From positions 124,001-188,000 of the forward strand of contig NZ_MWQY01000009.1 of the NCBI RefSeq assembly GCF_002087085.1: a stretch of 64,000 bases of DNA. Reading direction: 5' to 3'. Positions 56,130 to 64,000 of this stretch are shown here, in pieces. Numbering within the stretch: the stretch's first letter is position 1; the number at the start of each line of letters is the position of its first letter. Made by a program: the position numbers and the translations under genes. The notes under the pieces were generated by a model. The model had not been told where the DNA came from and searched no databases. It worked only from the letters and a program-made list of their open reading frames with translations.

Positions 56130-57653
56130 CTAGTTGGTTGCCAGATGCATTATTTTTTCCTGGGTCGCCTCTTCTACAGGAAGCTCCCCGGTTATCCGTC
56201 CTTCAGAGACGACATATATTCTATCGCTCATACCAAGAACCTCAGGCAGTTCGGAGGAGATCATAATAATGCTCATCCCCTCGGCAACCAGTTTGTTCAT
56301 AATGGTATAGATCTCGTATTTCGCGCCAACATCTATTCCCCTGGTCGGTTCATCCAGGATCAGAACATGGGGTTTTACAAATAACCACTTGGCCACCTGG
56401 ACCTTCTGCTGATTACCTCCGGAGAGCTTCATAACCTGCTGTTCGAGACTTGGGGTCTTGATGTTCAAAGCTTCCCGGTATTCCCCGGCTATCTTGACCT
56501 CTGCGTTATCATCCACAATGCTGTTCTTTGCCAGAGCCTTCAGGTTGGCCAGAGTGACATTCTGCTTAACGTCCTGGATCAACACCAGACCGTTCTTCTT
56601 ACGGTCCTCCGACACATAGGCGATACCCGCCTTTATCGCGTCTTCGGGATGGGAAAAACGAACATTCTTCTTGTTCAGACTCATCTCGCCTTCCAGACGG
56701 TAATGATCCGGATTCCCGAAGATACTGCGGGCGAGTTCCGTTCGTCCGGACCCCATGAGGCCTGCAAATCCGATTATCTCTCCCTTTTTGACATTGAAGC
56801 TTACGTCCTTTAAATCATAACGTCCGGTTCTTGCATTGTAGGCTGTCCAGTCTCGAACCTCCAGAACGAGATCGTCTTCGACCTTGTGTTCACGTCGTGG
56901 AAATACGTTGTTTATTTCCCGGCCAACCATATGTTTGATCAGAACACCCTCCGAAACCTCACCGGCCTTGGCATCCAGGGTGCAGATAGTCTGTCCATCC
57001 CGAAGAACAGTCACGGTGTCGGCAATACGGATTACCTCTTTCAGTTTGTGACTGATCATGATGCTCGTTACACCCTGATTCTTTAAATCCTTGATCAGGT
57101 TCAGAAGATTATCGCAGTCGTCCTCGTTCAGGGCCGCTGTCGGCTCGTCGAGGATCAGGAGCCGCACATCCCGGCTGAGGGCCTTTGCGATCTCCACAAG
57201 CTGCTGCCGCCCCACCCCCAGATCCTTGACTTTGGTGTCCGGATTTATCTTGAGCCCGACTTTTTTAAGAGCCACTTCCGCCTGCTTTATGGTTTCGTTC
57301 CAGTTAACCAGGCCCCCTGAAGCCAGTTCGTGCCCCAGAAAAATGTTTTCATAGACCGTCATCTCCGGAACAAGAGCAAGCTCCTGATAGATAATGGCTA
57401 TTCCTGTTTTCTCGCTGTCACTGATGTGTCGGAAGGTTTGTTCCTTCCCATCAAAAATGATAGATCCCTCATACGAACCATGGGGATGCACACCGCTGAG
57501 AACCTTCATAAGGGTCGATTTTCCGGCCCCGTTCTCCCCTACTAAACAGTGAATTTCACCTTCTTCAACTGCGAAGCTTACCCTGTCCAGGGCCCTGACC
57601 CCGGGAAAGGTCTTGGTAATCTCGCGCATTTCAAGGATCTTTTTTCCACCCAT
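56130..57653 (-). CDS. Sugar ABC ATP-binding protein (GguA/XylG-like)
   Basis: GENGAGKST, LSGGNQQK and DEPTRGIDVGAK motifs; tandem NBDs. Confidence 0.93.
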   Translation of the reverse strand: MGGKKILEMREITKTFPGVRALDRVSFAVEEGEIHCLVGENGAGKSTLMKVLSGVHPHGSYEGSIIFDGKEQTFRHISDSEKTGIAIIYQELALVPEMTVYENIFLGHELASGGLVNWNETIKQAEVALKKVGLKINPDTKVKDLGVGRQQLVEIAKALSRDVRLLILDEPTAALNEDDCDNLLNLIKDLKNQGVTSIMISHKLKEVIRIADTVTVLRDGQTICTLDAKAGEVSEGVLIKHMVGREINNVFPRREHKVEDDLVLEVRDWTAYNARTGRYDLKDVSFNVKKGEIIGFAGLMGSGRTELARSIFGNPDHYRLEGEMSLNKKNVRFSHPEDAIKAGIAYVSEDRKKNGLVLIQDVKQNVTLANLKALAKNSIVDDNAEVKIAGEYREALNIKTPSLEQQVMKLSGGNQQKVQVAKWLFVKPHVLILDEPTRGIDVGAKYEIYTIMNKLVAEGMSIIMISSELPEVLGMSDRIYVVSEGRITGELPVEEATQEKIMHLATN

Positions 57654-57718
57654 CTGATCCTCCTCTTTCTCAGAATATTATACCGTATCCCCATGAAAAG
57701 TGGCTGAATATTAAGAAG

Positions 57719-57747
57719 ACAGGCGATGGTTTATGGCCATCGCCTGT
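57719..57747 (-). terminator. Intercistronic hairpin after the sugar-binding protein gene
   Basis: ACAGGCGATGG-N7-CCATCGCCTGT. Confidence 0.65.
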
Positions 57748-57779
57748 ACTTTCAACTTTAATTAATCAGCTCCAACCTA

Positions 57780-58892
57780 TCACAGGCCGGTAAAATCGGA
57801 GGCCTTGTAGTAACCGCTGTCGATCAATACTTCTTTAAGGTTGTCTTGTGTAACTGTAATAACCTCGGATTGAATGGCAAGTACATCGGTGGCACCATTG
57901 TCATACACACCGTAGGCCAGAGGTTTCTTTCCTTCGAGAATGGCCACTGCGGCGCTGATAGCGTCTTTTACCAGGGTACGGACATCCTTGAAAACAGTCA
58001 TGGACTGCTTGCCGTCGATTATGTACTGAATTGATGCCTTCTCTGCGTCCTGACCGGAAATGTAGTACTTTGTAACATCCGGATCAGCGGCAAATGCATC
58101 GGCGATTGCACGGGCGGTTCCGTCATTGGGAGCTGCTATAAATACCTCGCCCTTGGCATCGGGACCAACGGAAGTCAGGTTTGCCTCTGCGAGGTTTTTC
58201 GCAACGTTGAAATCCCAGTTGGTGGTAACCTGACCGATAATTTTGCCCATCTCTTCGCGGGTAAGGTTCTGTTTGCCGCTCAGGGCTACAGCCTCGGAAG
58301 AATTGCGGATAACAAAGGTACCGTCGGCAATCCTGGGCTGAAGAATATTCCAGGCTCCTTCGAAGAAGAGGAAGGCGTTGTTGTCCGTGGCAGCACCGGC
58401 ATAGAGATACAGGTTGTTATTCTTGCCCTTGGCATTGTCCACCAGATACTGACCAAACTGTTCACCAACGGTAATACTGTCGAAGGTTACGTAGTAATCA
58501 ACATTTGCAGTTCCGGTAATCAGGCGGTCGTAGGAGATAACACTCGCACCGGAGCGTTTCGCTTCGTCAGCGGCAGCGGCAGCGGCGGCACCGTCATGGG
58601 GACATATAATAAGGACCTTGATTCCCTTGGAAAGCAGGGCTTCCACATTCGCCCGTTCCCTGGCGGGGTCTCCCTGGCTGAAGAGGATCTCTACAGAATA
58701 GCCGGCCTTATCGAGGGCTTCCCTGAACCGGGCCTCATCCTGCAGCCATCGGGGTTCATCCTTGGTTGGCAGAACAATACCTACAGCCAGATCTGAATCA
58801 CCCTTGGACTCCTTTTCACCTCCAGCAAAGAGAGTACCTCCCATTCCAAAAAGAACTGAGAGAATCAGCAAAAACAATACAATACGCTTCAT
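57780..58892 (-). CDS. Sugar ABC substrate-binding protein (ChvE/XylF-like)
   Basis: PTK...RW..D, YDRLI, D.NA, PNDG, GQDA and TVFKD.R motifs. Confidence 0.9.
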   Translation of the reverse strand: MKRIVLFLLILSVLFGMGGTLFAGGEKESKGDSDLAVGIVLPTKDEPRWLQDEARFREALDKAGYSVEILFSQGDPARERANVEALLSKGIKVLIICPHDGAAAAAAADEAKRSGASVISYDRLITGTANVDYYVTFDSITVGEQFGQYLVDNAKGKNNNLYLYAGAATDNNAFLFFEGAWNILQPRIADGTFVIRNSSEAVALSGKQNLTREEMGKIIGQVTTNWDFNVAKNLAEANLTSVGPDAKGEVFIAAPNDGTARAIADAFAADPDVTKYYISGQDAEKASIQYIIDGKQSMTVFKDVRTLVKDAISAAVAILEGKKPLAYGVYDNGATDVLAIQSEVITVTQDNLKEVLIDSGYYKASDFTGL

Positions 58893-58922
58893 GAAAACCT
58901 CCTTAGCGTTTACGTATACATA

Positions 58923-58938
58923 AGCAAACAGCGTGCCA
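58923..58938 (-). promoter_or_regulatory. sigma54 promoter of the sugar ABC operon
   Basis: Minus strand TGGCACGCTGTTTGCT, near-consensus, directly downstream of an NtrC-type regulator gene. Confidence 0.82.
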
Positions 58939-59042
58939 GAACAGCAGAGGTTTTCAGAAGACGTTCTAATTCATTATAATATATGCAATTGCGAGTTCTG
59001 ATCGGTAGTATCGGAAGTTCAGTGCCGCATTCCCCCCGGTGC

Positions 59043-60431
59043 TTATGAACCACCATGCGGTGGAAATGCACCAGGTTCGATACCGTATTTTTTCAGCCGG
59101 TAGCGCATGGTATTCCTGGAGACACCCAGACGCCGGGCAGCGGCACTTATATTGCCGTCACAGGCATCCAGGGCGGACAGGAGCACCTTTTTTTCCATTT
59201 CATGAAGGGTTCGTTCCTTTCCGGTGAGAAACTCCACCTCCCCGGCAGAATCGAATACAGGATAGGGCTCCCGGGTAATGTCTGCAGGCAGATCCTTGGC
59301 TTCGATCACGGAGCCGGAAGAAAGTACGACGCAGCGTTCAATTACATTCTTCAGCTCCCGGACATTTCCCGGCCAATGATAGGATTCCAGGGCCCGGAGG
59401 GCAGCATCCGTCAGATACCGCTCATCCAGTCCAAAATCCACAACAAAGGTATCGAGAAAATACTCAGCCAGGGGAGCAATATCTTCCCGGCGTTTTCGCA
59501 GGGGCGGCAGTTCCAGGTGAAAGGTATTAATGCGATAGAAAAGGTCCCGCCGGAATTTCCCCTCTTCAACCAGCTGCTCGAGGTTCCGGTTGGTGGCACA
59601 TACAATACGGGTACGAATTTTTACCGGACGGTTCGATCCCAGGGGTTCGATGGTTTTGTTCTCCAGCATACGCAGAAGCTTGGGCTGGATGGAGAGGGGA
59701 AGATCACCAATCTCATCGAGAAAAAGGGTACCCCCCTCGGCCATACGAACCTTTCCTTCGAAATCGTCATCCGCTCCGGTAAAGGCCCCTTTCTTGTAGC
59801 CAAAAAGTTCCGACTCCAGAAGGCTCTCTGGAACCGCGGGGCAGTTTATACTGATAAACGGCAGATCCTCATCCCCCTGGTACACCGAATGAAGAGCACG
59901 GGCTACTACCTCCTTACCGCTGCCGCTCTCCCCGGTGAGCAGTACCGGCGAGGAGATACGCCCGATTTTTCGCAGAGTTTCGGCAATATCCCGCATAAGG
60001 GGAGAACGAAAGATAACCGTAAGCTCTTTCTGGTCGTCTCTGAGGGCAGTATTCTCCCTTTTAAGCTTGTCCAGCTGCCAGAGCCGGTTGACTGTGTGCA
60101 GAATGAGTTCCTTGTTGAAGGGCTTGGTAATAAAATCAACCGCTCCCATCTTCATGGCTTCCACCGCCCGTTCAATGGTTCCGTAGGCGGAGACCAGAAC
60201 GAAGGGGAGCCAGGGTTTACGAAGCTTGATCTCCTCCAGAAGAGCGATGCCGTCCATTCCGGGCATTTTCAGATCCGAAACCACAAGATCAATCTCCTGA
60301 TGCCTGTCAATCAGGTCAAGAGCCTGGATGCCATCCGCCGCTGTCAGAGTTGAATATCCGTGGGATTCAAACAGAATCTTCAGCACGGTCTGCATGTTCA
60401 ATTCGTCGTCAACAATAAGAATGGTTTTCAT
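59043..60431 (-). CDS. NtrC-family sigma54-dependent response regulator
   Basis: REC domain (DD, D.KMP), GESGSGKE, GAFTGA, WPGNVREL and HTH. Confidence 0.95.
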   Translation of the reverse strand: MKTILIVDDELNMQTVLKILFESHGYSTLTAADGIQALDLIDRHQEIDLVVSDLKMPGMDGIALLEEIKLRKPWLPFVLVSAYGTIERAVEAMKMGAVDFITKPFNKELILHTVNRLWQLDKLKRENTALRDDQKELTVIFRSPLMRDIAETLRKIGRISSPVLLTGESGSGKEVVARALHSVYQGDEDLPFISINCPAVPESLLESELFGYKKGAFTGADDDFEGKVRMAEGGTLFLDEIGDLPLSIQPKLLRMLENKTIEPLGSNRPVKIRTRIVCATNRNLEQLVEEGKFRRDLFYRINTFHLELPPLRKRREDIAPLAEYFLDTFVVDFGLDERYLTDAALRALESYHWPGNVRELKNVIERCVVLSSGSVIEAKDLPADITREPYPVFDSAGEVEFLTGKERTLHEMEKKVLLSALDACDGNISAAARRLGVSRNTMRYRLKKYGIEPGAFPPHGGS

Positions 60432-62521
60432 GTCAAATCCTGGAGTACAACGGTAAAGGTGCTTCCCGTTCCGGGAGTCGAATCTACATAAATAGAACCG
60501 TTATGTTCCTGTACAATTCTATGGACAATGGACAGGCCGAGGCCCGTCCCCTTGTTTTTCATGGTGAAAAAGGGATTGAAGATATTCCGGAGCGTTTCCT
60601 GATCCATTCCACAGCCCTGATCACTGATGCTGATTTTCAGAGTCTCATCGCTGGAACCCACCTTAATAAGGACAACTCCTTCTTCGCTGGCCTCAAGGGC
60701 ATTCTGAACAAGATTTCTGACCACCTGCTCCATAAGATCCTTGTCCAGATTGCGCAAGGGAATCCCGGAATCGATATCCACCTTAACGGCAACCCCTGGG
60801 TATTTATCCAGGGGCAACAGGGACAAAGCGGATCTTACAATATCTTCGATACTGCATTTGGCCCGGTTAATCTGCAGAGGCCGGGCAAAATCAAGAAAAT
60901 TCTGGATTATATAGTTGAGACTGTCAATCTCGCTTACCAGCAATCTGGTTAGCTCCTTGTACTGTTCTGCATGTTTAAGCTGTTCCTTCCCAAAATTGTC
61001 CCGCAGGATCTCCGCGGAAACCTTCATGATGGCCAGGGGGTTCCGTATCTGATGAGCCACCCCGGCCACCATTTCTCCAATGGCGGCCAGACGCTGGGAT
61101 ACCAGCAGCTGCTCCTCCAACTTCTTTATCTGGGTAATATCCGAAATCACCGCAATAACCCCGAGCTCCTCTCCTGCTCCATCCGAGAAGGGCGAAGTCG
61201 AGACATTCAGAATTTCTTCACGGCCATCATAAATAAGCCGGCACTCCTTGAGGGTCACATACTCTCCCTGATGTATTCCCTGCCGAATGAGATCCTTTAC
61301 CTCCTGGGGAAGTACCGCCATCTCCAGGTCAAGGGGAAGGCCGCTCTCGCCGTCCATATGAACCATGCTGCTGGCGGCGGCGTTACAGGCGTTGATCAGT
61401 CCGTCATGGCCGACGGTTATAATCCCCGACCGTACATTGTTGAGAATCAGTTCATTATAATTGGCTAGCGCCGTCAATTCCCGGTCCCGGTTCTGCAAAT
61501 TTATACGCATCCTGTTAACAGACTCAACCAGATCGCCGAACTCATCCCCCGAGGTCTGCTGAATAGGATACGAAAAATCACCATTGCCGATCCGGGCTAC
61601 CCCCTCCTGCAACGCTGTATAGGGCTGCAGAAAGGATTGCCGGTAAAAAAGAATACTCAGCATCAGCGCTATTGCCAGAACCAGCACGGTAAGGAAAATG
61701 GCGAGCCTGTTATAGTCCCTGATGTTCTTGCGGGACTCACCCATGTCAAGCAGACAGAGAAGACGACCGTGGGGAGTACCCAGACTCTCGATGGTTGAAA
61801 CCCCAAGAAGATAATCACCCACACTAATCACATCCCGGGTGGTCATCGTATTGGCACGCCTGAGCATCCGGGACCACTCGCCATTACTCAACGTAAAGGC
61901 GTGGACGGCCCGGGCCGGGAACTGTACATAGGCGATGGAATTACTGTTGCGCTGCAGCCGGTCCATAAACTGATAATCCAGGGCAATCCTGGCTCCGATC
62001 ATACCGATGACCTGTTCCTCCCGGACAATCTGAGCCACACTCCACAAGTACATTCCGGTGCCGTCATCATGCAGAAAACTCTGCAGCCCCTGTTTATATG
62101 CCCTGGCAACAATACCGATCAGGGCATCGTCGGGGGGCTTTTCGGTGGACTCGTCTACGGCCAGAAGGTTTCCCGCATCGACGAAAACGAAAATACCGTT
62201 AAGATCCAGGGCCCGATTGAAAAGGGAGAGCTCCCGCCGAAGGAGATTCCTGAGACGGAATTCCGCATACTCAATGACATTTTTCTGACCCGAAAGCAGG
62301 CTCACCTTGTTATTCAGATCATCCTGTACCTGCATCATGAAGGAATCGATATTCTCAATGGCTATAGACATCTGTCCACGAAAACTGTCGATGGTACTCC
62401 GGGATATAAGCATGTACATGCCTATCTGGGTGAGGATCCCCTGAAAAAGAACGATGGCAATAAAAGAGAGGGCCACCTTGGTGGAAATCTTTACCTTTCC
62501 CCGTTTTATAAAGGGAATCAT
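60428..62521 (-). CDS. Sensor histidine kinase (2 TM, HAMP, PAS, HisKA, HATPase)
   Basis: AHQIRNPL, NLV.NA, DQG.G, F.PFF and GTGLGL motifs. Confidence 0.93.
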   Translation of the reverse strand: MIPFIKRGKVKISTKVALSFIAIVLFQGILTQIGMYMLISRSTIDSFRGQMSIAIENIDSFMMQVQDDLNNKVSLLSGQKNVIEYAEFRLRNLLRRELSLFNRALDLNGIFVFVDAGNLLAVDESTEKPPDDALIGIVARAYKQGLQSFLHDDGTGMYLWSVAQIVREEQVIGMIGARIALDYQFMDRLQRNSNSIAYVQFPARAVHAFTLSNGEWSRMLRRANTMTTRDVISVGDYLLGVSTIESLGTPHGRLLCLLDMGESRKNIRDYNRLAIFLTVLVLAIALMLSILFYRQSFLQPYTALQEGVARIGNGDFSYPIQQTSGDEFGDLVESVNRMRINLQNRDRELTALANYNELILNNVRSGIITVGHDGLINACNAAASSMVHMDGESGLPLDLEMAVLPQEVKDLIRQGIHQGEYVTLKECRLIYDGREEILNVSTSPFSDGAGEELGVIAVISDITQIKKLEEQLLVSQRLAAIGEMVAGVAHQIRNPLAIMKVSAEILRDNFGKEQLKHAEQYKELTRLLVSEIDSLNYIIQNFLDFARPLQINRAKCSIEDIVRSALSLLPLDKYPGVAVKVDIDSGIPLRNLDKDLMEQVVRNLVQNALEASEEGVVLIKVGSSDETLKISISDQGCGMDQETLRNIFNPFFTMKNKGTGLGLSIVHRIVQEHNGSIYVDSTPGTGSTFTVVLQDLT

Positions 62522-63744
62522 AGACCGAGTTCCTCGATCTCGCTTTGGATAAACCTGAATGCATCCCTGACGGAGACATCTTCCTCAAGGGCAGAGTATA
62601 CCCATTTTCTGATGATAGTCGAAATCTCCTGATATCGCGGGTGGACAGGCCGAACCTTTGCGCCCCGTACCTGGACCCGCTTTGCATCGAAATAGGGATC
62701 CCGCATTCGTGTCTCCGGCTCGGACCAGACCTGACGCCAGACGGGAAACTCATGCAGATAACGCCGCTGGAACTCGGGAGACGAAAGGTAAGAGATAAAC
62801 CTCCAGGCCTCATCCTTCCGGGTGGACGACTTCATCACCGCAAGACCCTGAAAACCGGATACCGTTGCGCTGGCTCCCAGGGAATCAGAATACGGCAGGG
62901 TACTGACGGTAAAATCAAAAACCGGCGCTCCGCTTCCGCTTCCGGCGGCTTCCTCCAGCCTGCCGATAAGGAAGGTCCAGTTTGAAGTGAAAAGGGCGTC
63001 CCCCCAGGTGAAGACCTCCGCAGAGAACATCTCCCCCGCGTTGAGACTGTAGGGATTCAGAAGTCCCTCGTGCTTCAGATCGAGAAGGTATTCCAGGGCC
63101 ATTCTGTTCTCGGGCCTGTCCAGAATCAGCTTGTCCCGGGAGGGATCCCAGGTATTGCCAAAGGCCCCTGAGAGCCAGACAAGTTCGCAAACCAGGACCT
63201 CCTCGGACCTCAGGGAATCAAATATGGGGTATTCGATAACTCCCTTCTCCCTGGCGACAGCAGCCATGTGACGCATCTCCTCCAGGGTGTCGGGGGGACG
63301 GTCAAAGCCCGCTCGGCGAAGGAGATCCATATTGGTATAGAGCATCTGGAAGTTGGCAAGAAACGGCACACCCCACAGTTCACCTTTGTACATATTGGCA
63401 CTGTAGATTGGAGCAATCACACCGGCTTCCACACTCCTCCGCAGATCATCAGGTACAGGGTCAAGGATACCTCGGTCAACAAAATCAGCAGTCCAGATAT
63501 TATCCAGAAGCACGACGTCAAAGGCGTCCCCCTCTCCCGTTCTTCCGGTTACCAGATCGTAGATATCCTCATATTCCTCAAATCGCAGGGTGACTTCAAT
63601 TCCCGTTTCTTCGGTGAACTCCCTTCCCCGCTGTTCGACGTCCCGGGGATCATAACCGGCCTGGGCCATATAGATTACCCTCAGCGGATCGGCACTCAGC
63701 ATGACAGAAAAAAGGAGCAAAGCGACGGGCACAGAAAGTCTCAT
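62518..63744 (-). CDS. Extracellular solute-binding protein (family 1), coupled to the sensor kinase gene
   Basis: Signal peptide; DV..LD..W, YGVP-like WGVP and A..F..YL.S.E.Q patterns; overlaps the HK start. Confidence 0.85.
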   Translation of the reverse strand: MRLSVPVALLLFSVMLSADPLRVIYMAQAGYDPRDVEQRGREFTEETGIEVTLRFEEYEDIYDLVTGRTGEGDAFDVVLLDNIWTADFVDRGILDPVPDDLRRSVEAGVIAPIYSANMYKGELWGVPFLANFQMLYTNMDLLRRAGFDRPPDTLEEMRHMAAVAREKGVIEYPIFDSLRSEEVLVCELVWLSGAFGNTWDPSRDKLILDRPENRMALEYLLDLKHEGLLNPYSLNAGEMFSAEVFTWGDALFTSNWTFLIGRLEEAAGSGSGAPVFDFTVSTLPYSDSLGASATVSGFQGLAVMKSSTRKDEAWRFISYLSSPEFQRRYLHEFPVWRQVWSEPETRMRDPYFDAKRVQVRGAKVRPVHPRYQEISTIIRKWVYSALEEDVSVRDAFRFIQSEIEELGL

Positions 63745-63865
63745 AGATATCAAACTACACCAGCCCTCTGGAGATGACAAGTCTTAATATTTTTGATCCG
63801 GTAGATATCGTTTTCTGCAGAATCCTGTTTACCCGCCGAACAGGCTTCGATACAATGTCCCTGCC

Positions 63866-64000
63866 ATGAATGAAGGAATCGTATTTGAACCCCATTTCAT
63901 CGACCTGATGAAGAGTTCAACCAGAATACTGGTTGTAACGGGAGCAGGAATCAGCACCAGTGCCGGGATTATAGATTTTCGAAGCCCCGGAGGCCTCTAC
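63866..64000 (+). CDS. NAD-dependent deacylase (sirtuin), 5' part only
   Basis: Not in the track. Manual translation MNEGIVFEPHFIDLMKSSTRILVVTGAGISTSAGIIDFRSPGGLY carries the Sir2 TGAGIS..GI.DFR motif. Confidence 0.88.
   Translation, partial: MNEGIVFEPHFIDLMKSSTRILVVTGAGISTSAGIIDFRSPGGLY

Noticed and set aside
2679..62985. Many long antisense ORFs (e.g. 2679-3941, 12981-14492, 35398-37281, 39262-40440, 59055-60353)
   Set aside because: They mirror well-supported genes on the other strand, as expected from GC-rich codon bias.
1..64000. CRISPR arrays, tRNA/rRNA, IS elements, prophage
   Set aside because: No regularly spaced direct repeats, RNA-gene signatures, transposase/integrase or phage genes were seen by eye.

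Overview
64 kb of gene-dense, moderately GC-rich bacterial chromosome. It is most likely from a free-living Spirochaetaceae member; this is inferred from Cys-less 'FA(N/G)G' solute-binding-protein signal peptides, a spirochaete-type HD-GYP protein and an ODP/soluble-MCP pair. Most of the window is metabolism and transport: leuCD-like dehydratase, ald, a sigma54/PrpR-like-controlled tripartite tricarboxylate transporter, a GntR/Zn-dehydrogenase/LarA-like module, chromate transporters, a DEAD-box helicase, an AOR/Fe-ADH module, alaA, an SPL-like radical SAM protein, a Lol-like ABC operon, livKHMGF, a sugar-acid catabolic operon, a chvE-gguAB-like sugar ABC system under an SBP-HK-NtrC cascade, and a partial sirtuin. 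No rRNA, tRNA, CRISPR array or mobile element was seen. The standout is at the left edge (1-2112, minus strand), where the ORF track misses two genes. The order there is: MarR regulator with a tandem TTGC-N5-GCAA operator, ArsM-like (arsenite) methyltransferase, an unannotated 35-aa Cys-containing peptide (MKKKMLSLVKKTPSSGQAVAQCCAKTSKIVAGCHD), a perfect 24-nt palindrome, and a radical SAM maturase with an RRE-like N-terminus that runs off the window. This looks like a RiPP cluster coupled to arsenic methylation; that function is an inference.
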